Made by a program: the position numbers and the translations under genes. Shown one piece after another: positions 1 to 12,449 of a DNA stretch of 64,000 bases. Every line of letters starts with the position of its first letter. Position 1 is the stretch's first letter. The stretch spans positions 1-64,000 of the forward strand of contig NW_013547012.1 in the NCBI RefSeq assembly GCF_000711695.1, given 5' to 3'. This DNA comes from Tilletiaria anomala UBC 951 (Eukaryota). A model generated the notes under the pieces. The model had not been told where the DNA came from. It made no database searches and saw only the letters and a list, made by a program, of their open reading frames with translations.

Positions 1-2156
1 GAGCCCGACCCAGAGCTGAGGGCGCCGCGGTACGTCGTCCGCGAGAAGCGCGCGAGCGTGGGAATCATCTTGAGAGGGCTTGCCTGCAGCTAGGTTTCCG
101 AAACCTTCAGGCTGGGAGGTTGGGGAAGAGTTTCGCGATGATCTGCGATGTCCCTCCTGCGTGTAGCCGCTCTATTGCGGAACTGACGTGCAGATGCAGC
201 TGCTGGAAATAGTGTCCTTGATGCCCAGAAGCAGCGAGCGCGATGCTCCAGCTAAAGCTGAAGCTGCTGCTCTTTGTGCGCCGCCGCGCTGCTGCACCCC
301 GACGCCGAGGCGGACGTGTGCAGGCTGATACGCTGCAGGCTGTGTCCGAGCGCGGGTGATGGCGGCAGGGACAACAGGTCGGCATGTGGCGCGAGCGGAG
401 ATGACGTGACTAAGATGGGCGAGTAGCGGCGCGCTAGTTGCTTTGGTCGCACTAATTGCGCTGGCACCGCCGCTGTTGCTGCCGCTGGCTCTGTGCAGGC
501 CGGCGCGCCCGTCGAGCCGCGGCGTGGGCTCGGAGAGTTAAGCGCTGACGCAGAGGCGGGCGAGCGCGGGAGCGAGGTGCGCCAGTGCGAAGCTGACCAA
601 GTGCAGGGACGAGCGGTGCTATATGTAGGGTCTTCCGAGCGCGCTTGCGCTGCTGTGGTAGTAGTAGGCACGCGGCTGCACATGCGGCATGTGATATGCC
701 GGGCTGGATCTTTGTGCAGGGGTGCTGAATATGGGCGACGGCACTACGCTAGTGGAGCGATTTAGATTAGATAGGACTTGAATGCAAGCAGCTCCTTCGG
801 AAGCCCCGGCGTGGCGCTTCTAGACCCGCCTTTGTGCGAAGATAGGCTGTAGGCAACAAACTGTGCCTCGCTCACAGCCTCCACTCCTGGTTCGTTCGAG
901 CTACAGGACCTGCTGGAGACAACCTTTCCCTGATTTCCAACTTCCACGGACATCTCGACCTGATCTACTGGAGATAAACTGTCTCTGGCTTAAAGATTCC
1001 ACATTCATCCGGAGCATCCATCGCAACAGATCAAGCCCAAAGACTTGTCGGCGGAGCGCCAGATGCTCATATTAGGATTCTTGGGAGACCGTCCCGAGCC
1101 TAGCGAGTGCCATTGGCTCTGAACGTGTGGTCCCTCGTGATCGCGTGCACAGCGGCATCGTCTTTGGCTCTCCTCCGACGCCTTGTAATTGTGCACTGTA
1201 TGGCAGTTGAAGGCCGGCCTAAGGGGCGCCTGATCGCAGCCATCACGCAAGGAGTGAAGGTCCCCCATACCACTCGTCTACGATCCACGCAGTGAGATGC
1301 AGACCTTGTGTCGAAAATCACAGCGCCAGAAGTTGCACCCAGACTGCTAAATGTAGAAGGAACGTTGACATTAAGATAATCAAGTGTTGCTCCGCTTGTC
1401 TAAACACTTTTGTGACATTAGCGGCGCTTCCGCCGCGAGACTGGTCCACGCGTCGACCTGCCAAGAGATATTTGCGGTCGAAAAGCACACGCGGCTTCGG
1501 CTCTCTCGAGCTCGAGTTATCTCTCTCTTCCCCTCCCCTCGTCTCGAAAATTGATCTCAGGCAGCCACACGGTGGCCCAAAAGGGTTATGATGACAATAG
1601 TGGACATGGACGAGCGTGAGGAAGATGTGATCGAGGGTGAGCCACGCTGTGCGCAAAGGAGGCATGATGGGCGATTGGCTCTCTAAGAACTCGTTGCAGT
1701 CCCGATGCGGGTTCAGCGCCGGCTTCCATGGAGGCAGAATAGGTCTCTGTGCAAAATATGATTACAAGAGAAGCTGTGCGATGAAATCAATACGGAAAGA
1801 CTCCAGATAAAAACTGGAAGTGCGCGTCTGCCGGTGCAGCGTCCACTCCCTCATGTAGAGTGACTTCGGACGGTTCTCACTTGACAGGCTTTGAGCTGTT
1901 GCCGCATCTGGCAACGGGGGGACCCCGAATCAAGCCTAAGAATCGCCTCGATCAATACGAGAGTTTTCGCAAGATGCCCTCGCTGCTGATTTGGCTGTGG
2001 TATGAAGTGGTAGTCCCCTACAAAAAAGCCAAAACCAAAACAAGTTAAGGTGGGAGTAAGGACAGTGAGCGCGCCTCGTGACTATGCCTTCTCGCGTTCC
2101 CCTCTACGATCGAACGCTGACCTACCCCGCTTTTCTTCTGCAACCCGCAAAAATCG

Positions 2157-3422
2157 TTGACCATCGAAGAGGGCCAGGAAATCCTCTCCAGTCGCTTCCC
2201 GGAATTGACGCAGGCGCCTGCGCGTGTGTTTGGCGAGAACAGCGAGCCGCTTCCGCTAACAGTGGAGGAGACGATGTCGGCGGAACGGCAGGGGCGCAAG
2301 GAGGGCCTGCTGATCGCCGACCACGCAAGCGCAAGCACACGCTCGTCAAATCTTTCGTCATCATGGAGAGCCGGATCAGCTGGTGGATACGCATCGGCGG
2401 CGCATAGCCTTGCAAGGAACCCAGGAACCTCCTCCATGCCCACTCCGTGGCAGCTGCCGCTCGAACACGACCTCGACACCATCGAGCGACAGTCGAAGGA
2501 CCGCCGCCACTTTGAGCTGCCCAAATCGCTCGTCAACTCCAAGTGTCTCAAATACCATGGTTCTGGCAAAGCTACCTGTAGCACCTGCAAGGATGAACCG
2601 GCCGACGAGTCCCGGTAGTGCAATGGTTCTGGCGAGGAGAAGAGCGGCATCGAGTACCTGCTATGCCATGGCTATGGCATCCTCTACTTCGATACTTGCA
2701 AAGGTACCCTTCTCTCCACCTGCAGCATCTGCTAGGGTCAAGGCACTGTAGAACAGGCCGTCATCATCGAAGTCCGCATTCGAGGCATCGACTTCCGGCC
2801 CGTATTCGTCGCAGCTCTCTTCCCTGCGGCCGGGGACAACTCGCTCGAAGTCGTGCAGACGGCCGCGTGCGACGCACGTCCGACCTGATGCGCAAGCTCG
2901 CCCAGAGCAGCGTCACTAAGGGCATGCACCCCTTCGTACGCGTCACCGCTGCCTGCTCGCTATAGAACTCCATTTCGCACGTCGTTCAAATCGATGTTCC
3001 CCAGGCTGCCGGGGTGTTGCAAAAGAAGGGCACCACAGCTGCAGCCCGTCGGTTTTCATCGCCGACTGCAGACCATTGCGCTTCACTTCATCACCCCCTC
3101 CGACCTGGACCTCCAGCCGGCCACGATGAGCGCGGGGGACTTTGCGCACGCGATCGACCGCCGACGTTAGCAAGCTCGGGCCCCCGATGCGCAAGCTGCT
3201 CGAAGCCATTGCTACGACGAGGTCCCGCTGCCGACGGCAGGCTCGACCGATGTGCTCCCAGCCGCCGCTCCGGCGCCCATGACGCCGCTCACCAAGTCGC
3301 TCCGCCCGCACATCAGCCCATTCAATCAACTGGTCGTCATGACACCCTCCCACTCAGTCCCCGGAACGCCAGAACAGAATTCTTGGATGTCCACACAGCC
3401 TTTTCGCGTTGTCCATCTTTGA
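2157..3422 (+). pseudogene. Decayed gene for a DnaJ-type CxxCxGxG zinc-finger repeat protein (SSUH2-like)
   Basis: One frame reads ...KCLKYHGSGKATCSTCKDEPADESR*CNGSGEEKSGIEYLLCHGYGILYFDTCKGTLLSTCSIC*GQGTVEQAVIIEVRIRGIDF..., with in-frame TAG at 2616-2618 and 2733-2735. Protein-like sequence continues across apparent frameshifts (about 2870 and 3035) with further TAGs at 2963 and 3168. Several expected Cys positions are Y/S/F. Boundaries are approximate. Confidence 0.7.
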
Positions 3423-4070
3423 CGCTTGACGCAATGACTCATGACGCTTGAAGATAATTGCTGAGTTAAGACGGGGCTTTGCGGAGTGGGGGGAGGGGGC
3501 TGTGGATTGTAGTTTGCGGGTATGCTTTGATATTATAACAAAGAAAAGGTGTTGATCTCGCATAAGTTGCCTATAACACTTCATGGTGATGACCAGCCAG
3601 CTTATATGCAGGACATGTCTAGAATTTCATATATACAAGGGACCGAGTGGGGACACACCAGGCAGATTTGCAACCCCCCGCAATGATTGCGGTTGTCCCT
3701 GGCCCTGAATACATCTTTTCACGACTGTGGTCGGGATCCAAGCTGAGGCAACGAAAGTAGAATCTGCTTGAGCATGCCTAAATGTCATTTCATTCTTTTG
3801 CAACCCCACCAGAAAATAATTCAAATTGCGTGTCCAACAACCTGCAAGCATCAGGAGCATTAGATTCTTTCAATGACTGTTCCCGCCATTACCAGATCAT
3901 TCATTTCGAAAGTTCTGACTACAATTCGTACGCTGACGACTTGCTCCTTCGGAGTCCTCGTTGCTGACCACATGGCCTGTTAAAGTCGCCTTGCGCTGTG
4001 AGCGCACACACTGTGTACCTGCTCGTGTGAGTGCTTCTCGACCAGTGCCACCTCGGCTCGACTTGGCGGA

Positions 4071-7000
4071 ATGTCTGAAGCTGCATCTGCTGCTGCAACC
4101 AACACATCGGGCACGGCAAACAAGGCGGCAGCTATTGCAGCCGAGCGGGACCGGAAGCGCCAACAGCTACGCGATGCAAACCTTCGCATCTGGGAATCGG
4201 GCCCCGCGGTTACGCACACGGGGCCATTGGACTCGAACCTCAAAAAGAACACGGCGTTCGTGAAACGTGTAAAGCAAGGTCTTGGTGCCGATGCGAGAGA
4301 TCAATTGATCAAAGAGCTCGGCATTTTGAACCTGGACAAATACCTCGAGGAGATATTGCAAGTCGTCCCGGAGGGTCTTTCTAAGTGCACCGCAGCAAAA
4401 GACAGCTTTGCAGCGATTGAGGTAAGCGTTCAACTGCAGGCCGCTTGCCCCTTTTGCTCATTCTAGTCTCTCGCCAAAACACCTCAGATTTTGTCGGCGT
4501 TCCATACCCGTTTTGGCGGCCCAGCATTCTCCAAACCGGTATCCGTGCAACTGTCCGCGCAGCTAGCGCAACCGTCCCGGGCCTCTATTCAAGCTCTGTC
4601 GCCGGAACAAAAGGAAAGAGAAGAGAGCATGCGCATTGCACGTCAAAAAGGAATCATTCGTGTGGCTGCAGATGCTGCTCTCGTCGAATGCGTTCGCGGA
4701 GATGGACAGGGAAGCGAGGGGACACCTGGCCTGGAATGGCTGTACACTACCACACGGGACATGGTGAGAATATCGAATGCCTTAGCTCTGCGGCATCGCA
4801 GCTTACAAGTGGGTGTCGATTAGCTTACCTCAGATCGTGAGCACGCCAACGTACCGATCTTGACGGTGCTGCTCAAGGCCCATGGCACTGTTTTGCTCGG
4901 ACCAAAGTCTGCGAATGTAGACGAAGTTTCGGACACACTCCAGGAGGTATCGCTGCAAGAGCATGGCAGCGCGGCGAGCGAGCGGCCCGTACCCGTTCTT
5001 CAAGTACCCCTCGAGTGGCAGGCTAAGTTTCGAAAGCTTTGTGCGATATATTTTGGCACGCTTTCCAAGAGAATATCCAGGGACCACCTTGTGAGTAGTC
5101 ATGAGCCGAACTTCTTTCATACCAAGCTGCAGACGCACTGACTGACGAGTCATCTGTATGCAAAAACAGCGCCTTTTCGAACAAGACAAGCGTAACCATG
5201 AAGCGTACATTCGCTCTGGTGAAATATTCGAAGATCGGCAACAAAACTATGAAAAGATGACAAAGAATCTCGACAAGCTCATCGAAGCTGGCAAGGGGCT
5301 TTCCGAGCTGATCGATGTGCCCATGCCGGTACTGCGCGAGGCAAAGGAAATCGCTCTAGGCGGCTCAGTCGGTGTCAACCTCGATGCAACACCCAATCTT
5401 CAAAGTACCGACGCTGAAGAGAGATATGCAAGTGGCATGAGCCCCTGGGAGGATGAAGACACGCGAAAATTCTACGAAGACATTCTTGATCTCAAAGACG
5501 TTGTCCCTGCCAGCGTATTAGCGCTGGAAAAGGGTGCATCAGAGCCAATACTCGACGGGTGGGCAAAGCAGAAGGAAGCACTTGATGCCTCGAGCCGGAC
5601 CGATGCAGAGGATAAGGAACAGCCTTTAGCAGCTCAAGGCGCGCATGAAGAGGTTATTGCGATCGTCGAGAACAGCCCATGTCTACCGAGCAAAGACCTT
5701 GATTCTTCGTCGCAGCCCCAGTCACCAATGCTCCACGCCGATATGCCCCATGATGATGTGGAAGAAGATAGCGAGGGTCAAATCACTGCAGGCCCAGCCG
5801 CACAACTCAACGCTCTGTTGGCGAAGCTGCCAGAAATGACAAACCGCGCCATGATTGACTCGGCTGCTGTTGACTTCGTGTACCTCAACAACAAGCTTGC
5901 GCGACGCAAGTTGGTGCGCGCCACCTCCAACGTCCCCAGGAACCGGTCTGATCTCATTCCGTACTACGCTCGTCTCATCGCAACTCTCAACCGGTATATG
6001 CCAGATGTCGGCACTCTTGTCACATCTACTCTAGATGAGGAATTTCGCTACTTTCAACGCAAGCGCCAGGCGGACATGCACGAGAGCCGAGCAAGGAATG
6101 TGCGATTCCTGTCAGAATTAACAAAGTTCAAGGTCACACCAATTCACATCATCTTTCATTGCCTCAAAGTGTGCTTGGACGGATTCAGCGGGCACAACAT
6201 TGACAACCTGGCCGGCTTCCTTGAAGGCTGTGGTCGCTTTCTGTTGCGCACACCAGAGACAAGTGATCGCATGCGATCCGCACTGGAACTGCTCCGCCGC
6301 AAACGTGCGGCGACAAATCTGGATCACAGGCAAGTCCTGATCCTCGACAATGCATACTATCAGTGCAATCCACCCGAGCGCAAGGCCACACAAAAGCGAG
6401 AACGCAGTCCGATGGAGCAGTTCATTAACCACCTGGTCTTCAATGTCCTTTCGAAAAAGCACCTGGAGAAGGTCCTTAAGCTCATGCGCAAGCTTCATTG
6501 GGAGGATCCAGCTATCATAAAGCACCTACACGAAGTCTTTACCAAGATGTGGAAGGTCAAGTTCAGCCACATCCATCTGCTTGTGATACTGCTGCACGAT
6601 CTTCAGCCCTACCACTCGGACTTTTCCATCCGCGTCATTGACCAAATTTGCGAGGACATACGTGCTGGAATGGAAGCGAACATCTTTAAGAACAACCAGC
6701 GCCGCGTTGCAACTGTCAAATTTCTCGGCGAGCTGTACAACTACCGCATGATCAGCTCGAGCATCATTTTTGATCAACTGTGGAGCTTTACCACGTTTGG
6801 ACACCGCAACGGGACGCCGCTACCCAACCAGATTTCGCCGCTGGATGCACCCGATGATTATTTTCGCGTACGTCTGGTCTGCACCCTGCTCGACACGTGC
6901 GGGATGTGCTTTGACCGCGGTTCTCCCAAGAAACGCCTCGACGAGTTTCTTGTCTTTTTCAACTTCTATCTGATGTCGAAACAGCAGCCGCTTCCCATGG

Positions 7001-7923
7001 ACGTCGACTTTATGCTCTCCGACCTTCTTGAATCGTTGCGCCCCAATTTTGAGCTGAAGAAGACATTTGAGGAAGCAGCACAAGCTGTGCAAGAAATGGA
7101 AAGGGCGAAAGGTGTCCCTTCTGCCCAACAGGAGGCCGAAGAAAGCGACGATGAATCAAGCGATGACGACGACGACGACGACGACGTAGGACAAAGAGGG
7201 AACCGTGCTCGGTCGTCTGGAGCCACAACTCCTATCGATGGCGCAGATTCGGATGCCGACACAGAGATCGACAATGCTGTTGATGAACCGCATATCGAAG
7301 ATGAATCGATGATAATGCGGGGCGAGAGAGAGCGGCAGATGCTTCAAGAGCAAGACGAGGAATTCGCCCGCGAGCTGGCAAAGATGATGGCGGAGAGCTC
7401 ATCCGTGCCACCGGGAGGAGCAACTCGCTCACAAAAGGGACTCTTCGATGCAGCGATCCCGCTCTTAAAGAGATCGTCGGCATCAGTTGCAGAGTCTGTC
7501 GACCAGACCGAGGCAGTCGCTAAAGATGGCCAGCACATGAAGTTCAGCCTGTTGTCGAAGCGTGGCAACAGGGTTCTGGTGGGGATACTTTTTTGCGTCC
7601 TTGTCTCTCACAATGCTCCACTCTGACGAAGTTTATTTGCATTGTTTTCACAGACACATGACGTCGATGTCCCGATTGACGCAGCAATTGCGGTCAACAC
7701 TCGGACCAAACAAATGCGTGATGCGGCTGAAAGGCAGCAATTGAAGCAGCTTGTCTTATCGTACGAGGGGCGCGAGCAGGAGCGGCAAGACGAATGTGAG
7801 TTGTCTCGCCTAATCAAAAGGAATGTGGGCTGACGTTATCCATTCGATCGGATAGCGCTGATGCACGAGTTCAAAAACCGAGGTTTCAAGGTCAAAGTTG
7901 TCAAAGATCGCAATGCTGGATAG
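4071..7923 (+). CDS. UPF2: Nonsense-mediated decay protein Upf2/Nmd2 (MIF4G domains, acidic region, C-terminal Upf1-binding region)
   Basis: Motifs LDSNLKKNTAFVKR, SGEIFEDRQQNYEK, WEDEDTRKFYE, NQRRVATVKFLGELYNYR, DYFRVRLVCTLLDTCG. Exons 4071-4421, 4488-4763, 4824-5090, 5170-7578, 7654-7795, 7856-7923, all with GT-AG introns that keep frame. Confidence 0.95.
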
Positions 7924-7976
7924 GAGTTGTCCAGTGCAGATGCCGCATCAATTCTTGAAGCCGACTGCCTCAACAA

Positions 7977-8670
7977 TGGGCGGCTGGCACTCTTTCCGCC
8001 GCCGCCTTATAGCATCGAATGGGCTTGATGATCGGCAATGCAGCTTCTTTGCCTGTCTTCTGCCGTTCTATCGCACGCTAGCCGGAGACGAGGGTAATGG
8101 GAAACCAACGGCGAGGTCGTCGCGGAACGGGCAAAGCGTCCTGCAGGGAAGTTACATGTCCCTAACCCGGTCCGCACAGTAGCGAACGGTACCGTCGGTC
8201 AAGAACCCATACGATAGCGGCACATTCCCGCTGTTCCCTTCGCAAGTCTACTTGGCAAACATTGACTTGCCTGCTGGCACGCAAATAGCACGGCTTAGGG
8301 AAGTCCACAGCCAGCCCATCAGACTGAGATTCAATTCCCCCAAGCTGGGACAGCATGTATTGCAATTCAGATGGTGACAATGCTGGAAGGGCCCGAACGG
8401 CGAGACCTCTGCTGCACTTATCATGCGCTGGATCATGGCGCACACCCTTTCCACCTTGTCCATGCTTGCGGTGTCATCCAAACGAGCCCGCACTCTCGAT
8501 CTCCTTTTCTGAGGTCCGCTTTAAGCGCTTGTGTCTAAAACTGATTCCCTGATCCTGGTCTTCTAGTACGCTTCCATTTTGTAACCCTTCAAAGGGACAT
8601 TACTTCCCATGCCGTTTGCAACGCAATGCCTGAACTTGCTCCTTCATGCTCGTTAAGGCGGCGTTCGCTT
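7977..8670 (+). ncRNA. Candidate structured RNA 3' of UPF2 (unassigned; see findings)
   Basis: Nested complementary segments found by eye: 8048-8057/8127-8136, 8014-8029/8198-8215, 8146-8163/8593-8608, 8000-8009/8653-8662. G-U wobbles favour the + strand. CCCTAACCC at 8160-8168. Confidence 0.25.
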
Positions 8671-8720
8671 TCTCTCTTGCTTTCTTGGGGAAACCCATAT
8701 TTAAGGTTTCCACTCCCCGC

Positions 8721-9176
8721 TTAATGGCTCAAGAATCTTCTTCCCGCCATCCGTCTTTTGGCGAGCAGCTGGCGACCTTTCTTTGTTCGTAGGCGAGAGA
8801 GGAATCCGTGCTTGCGCTTGCGTTTGCGTTGCGAGGGCTGATATTCGGACCCATACGTCACACAGCGAGCTTGCTGTGACTGCGGATGCGATTGGCGTAA
8901 TGAGGGAAAAGGCGTTGTTCGAAGAAAAGAATGTGTTGACATAGACGATGTGAAGGGCGAGGAGGCTCTTGAAAAGATCCTCCCGAGAAGGGTACTTGTC
9001 GTGCCTAGGCGTGCGGGCGATGGCGAAAATGATTTCACCTCGGATATCTGGCGCCCTTGTTCTATGTATGATGCCACTGCGATGGTCGGAATCGACCTAG
9101 CGGCTCTCAACGAAGCCGCATGGATATTGAATATAGGTAGCCGCGATGGTCCGGCGATGGGAAGGCGAGAGGCCAT
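8721..9176 (-). CDS. MRPL34: Mitochondrial ribosomal protein bL34m with N-terminal presequence
   Basis: C-terminal [45 protein letters not shown] is the L34 signature, preceded by an Arg/Ser-rich, acid-poor presequence. No intron. Confidence 0.93.
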   Translation of the reverse strand: MASRLPIAGPSRLPIFNIHAASLRAARSIPTIAVASYIEQGRQISEVKSFSPSPARLGTTSTLLGRIFSRASSPFTSSMSTHSFLRTTPFPSLRQSHPQSQQARCVTYGSEYQPSQRKRKRKHGFLSRLRTKKGRQLLAKRRMAGRRFLSH

Positions 9177-9852
9177 GGCGACGGTTAATGCGTGACTTCA
9201 GCTGCCACCTTAGGCTTCTTTCTAAGTTTCCTTTCGAGACAAGGCGAGTGAGCTTGTGGTTCCTCAAAGATGCCGGAGGTTGCCTGCAGAACCTTCGATG
9301 TGGATTTCCTCTTGTAAGGAAGCATTGAGAATGGATACCGAGAAGTCGAAAAGGGACCGTCGACGAGATTGTGTTTGATGAGGGCAGGAGGGAAAGAGTC
9401 GTTGTCGTTCGGTGCAATTGAGTGACAGAGCCATTTTTAGGGTTGCTCGCTTGCGTCTTGCAGCTTGCCCCCTCTGCGGCGAGTCACAATTAGGATTGTG
9501 GCTTGCGCCAAGCAGCAGCTCACGTTGTTGATCGCAATTCTCATGAACAGGGTGGGGTTCATCAAATATTGGCTGTCTACTAGCTTCACGCACTTGCATG
9601 CTGAGCACCAGGATGTATCGGACTGAAAACGCAGCTATTTTCGTCCTTGCCAAGCCTTGGTTACGCTAGACATATCGCCTCCCTCTCGGATCGTCCTCCC
9701 AGTGCCATCGTTGTGCGCCAACGAGGAGCCTGCCACCCTGCTGTTGTATCCATCACTAACGCCATCGTTCACCCGTCCCTCCGGGGCCAGCTTCTTGTCG
9801 TCCTCGGTATCGAGTCTCAGCCTCAATCCCCAACATTTTAATCCACGCAATC

Positions 9853-11897
9853 ATGTCGCTTATGCAAGCGACTGGCGCTGGCGAACCCAATGAGGTACGC
9901 GTTACCCCCACGGCTACCTCGCCCACAGCAGACGCTATATCCAACACTGGGAAGGACGAGCAGATGGCGCCCTCACTTTCCCGATTTCAGACCGCAGTAA
10001 CTGCTCTTTGTATCGCCGCCAACAGTTTGACCGCTGGTAGCATGTTGTGAGTCGTTCAGCGCCTTAGTAGCCTCAATCGCCGGGGTTCAGGTGTTGAACA
10101 CGCTCATCCCTCCGTTGATGATACGTTATAGCTGCTTTCCCCTCATCGGGCCGTCTCTCATGGCAGATCTATCCCTAAGTCTCAAGCAGACCAACACCAT
10201 TTGGTGAGCTTACCTTCTTCACTTTATACCTATTCCACACACCCTTATTATCAATTGCATCACAGGGTTGGTGCAGTTATGGGCGAGTACATCACCGCCG
10301 CCTTTTGGGGCGCACTGGCAGATGCATTCGGCCCACGCCCGCTGTCCGCCGCCGCAGCTGTGCTCTTTGGCGTCGGGTACAGTCTAATGGCGCATGGTGA
10401 CGCCACCGCTGTGAAACTCAACCGGGCACAGCAGCATCAGAGGAAACTTGCGGGAATGGTCGCCACACCGTACCAGACGAGCTCCTCCCTGGGATTCGTC
10501 CCCATGACGTTCGCTTTCGTCTTAGTTGGAGCCGGTGTCTCTGCCAGGTGAGTGCAGGTCTTGCTCCTTTTCAGTCTTGGGGGGCACTGCCCTAACGCCA
10601 GTATGACCGCCTGTACATCTATAGTTACTTTTCGGCGGTTACCGCCTCGACACGCCTGTTTCCATCCCACCCTGGGCTAGCCATCTCCCTTCCCCTGACC
10701 CTCTTCTCTCTATCCTCACTCTTTCTGACGTCTATCGGCTCGCACTTCTTTATCGACGCGACGACCGGCGATTTAAGCGCCGCAACCTTTCTTACCTTCC
10801 TAGCGGTCCTGTTGACCATCACCAATGGCGTCAGCACTTTCTTCATGCTTGCACCCGAGGTCAAGCCATCGCAGGCTGAGGGCGTCAAGAAGAAGCGTGT
10901 GACCGTGCAAGACCGAGCAGTGTCAATGTTAGCCGACGAGAGGTTACCCCTTTTGTCTACCAACGCAGATTCGGATCTCGAGGAGAATAGCGGCGCCGAC
11001 CAGGCGAGGAGTACCGCGAATGTCGGGGCATCCAGCAGCAGTATATCACTTGTGCCGAGGTCCGCCTCATTGCGCGACTTCCTCGCCACCCCGTCAGTCT
11101 GGATCTTGGCATTACTCATGTTCACCGCTGTCGGAGGTGCGGAAATGGTCATGAGTAGCGTGGGGAGTATGGTCGTCTCCCTCCTTGGGGGCGGGATCGT
11201 CACACCTTCACATGGAGCTACCGGAAGCGCCGTGACATCAGCTGATGAAAACTCGCCAGATCTTCCGGCAATGAATCACGAAGCTCTCCGATGGAGGAGC
11301 ATGCAAGTGCAGCTGCTCGCGACAGCCAACACACTCTCTCGTCTTGTTTCTGGCCTCGTAACCGACTTTCTCTCGCCAAGTCGACCAAAAGCTCCTCCAC
11401 TTTCTGACACAAGCGACGTCAGCGCTACACGCCGAATTCTGCACTTCGTAGGAAATATTCGCGTGTCGCGAATGACAATCCTGCTCACCTCCACCACATT
11501 ACTGACAGCAGCTTTCGCATTTTCCGCCTTGGCGCTGAGTACGCTCCATGAACTCGTCGGCGTGAGCCTGCTTGTCGGCATCGGGTACGGCTTCACCTTC
11601 ACCCAGGTGCCCTCCATCGTAGCAAACGCTTATGGCCTGCGCACCTTTGGTCGCTCTTGGGGATTACTCACCTACTCGTGCGCTGCAGGAAGCCTTGGCT
11701 TCTCCTTGCTCTACGCTGTCGTCTCTGACGTTGTAGGCGAAGACCCTGCACGTCAGGATGGAACTCACGTCCCATTGGGCGTATGTTTGCATGGCCGAAG
11801 CTGTTTCCAACTAAGCTTTGCCCTAGCCGCTACTGGGACAGCTGCAGCGACGCTCCTGGCAGTACCTCTATGGAGGAGATGGCGAACTTATCTCTAG
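9853..11897 (+). CDS. MCH1: MFS transporter, MCH1/nodulin-like family
   Basis: Exons 9853-10046, 10131-10203, 10266-10547, 10625-11897. Motifs WGALADAFGPRPLS, SYFSAVTASTRLFPSHPGLAISLPLTLFSLSS, GGAEMVMSSVGSMV, NTLSRLVSGLVTD, YGLRTFGRSWG. Multiple hydrophobic helices. Confidence 0.85.
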
Positions 11898-12449
11898 GCG
11901 TGACTATTCTTTCTTAATGCGCTCTTTCATCTACTTCATGGACTCTTGCAATGTACTTTTAGGTCTGCACGCATGCACCCATGCCATCTGTAGGAAACCA
12001 TTATCAAGTGTCCGTTGTGTGGGGCATCTATGAGTACAAATTCTCGATATTTTACAATCAGGGTGTGTCTCGCCAGGGACGTGATTCAAAAGAAGAAATA
12101 GGAGGTGTGCCAGGACTGAAAGGAAGTCCGGACAGCCAGCCGAAATGAACAACTTGATCGGCAAGGACGAAGGCTGTAAAGACCAGAATGCTACAGTGAA
12201 CAAGCTGCGTAAGGGCTGCATAGATGTGAACTGGTGGCGGCATGTAAGGTGAAGTGTTACGCGCAAAGTGAGCTTTGAACGAAAACCGATTATATTTGCT
12301 GATTTGCGAGAGCAGCGACGCGCGACGCGCGCGGTGTTTAAGCGGCACTTAGTTGACTGTAGAGCTATCTTGTGTACAATTGCAGCGTGAATGATTGGTT
12401 TGCGTAGAAGATACGAAGTTACAAGAGATGCGAGAAAGCGAAGGAGCCT

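Noticed and set aside
1..1700. Short ORFs on both strands at the left edge (e.g. 252-683, 1318-1665)
   Set aside because: No recognisable domain or consistent splice model, and stops in all frames. It could be a decayed gene but I cannot support a call.
7164..7186. (GAC)n trinucleotide run
   Set aside because: It encodes the normal acidic tract of Upf2.
9436..9444. Other telomere-like 7-8-mers (here and near 8582, 27819 and 63829)
   Set aside because: Chance-level matches shorter than 1.5 repeats.
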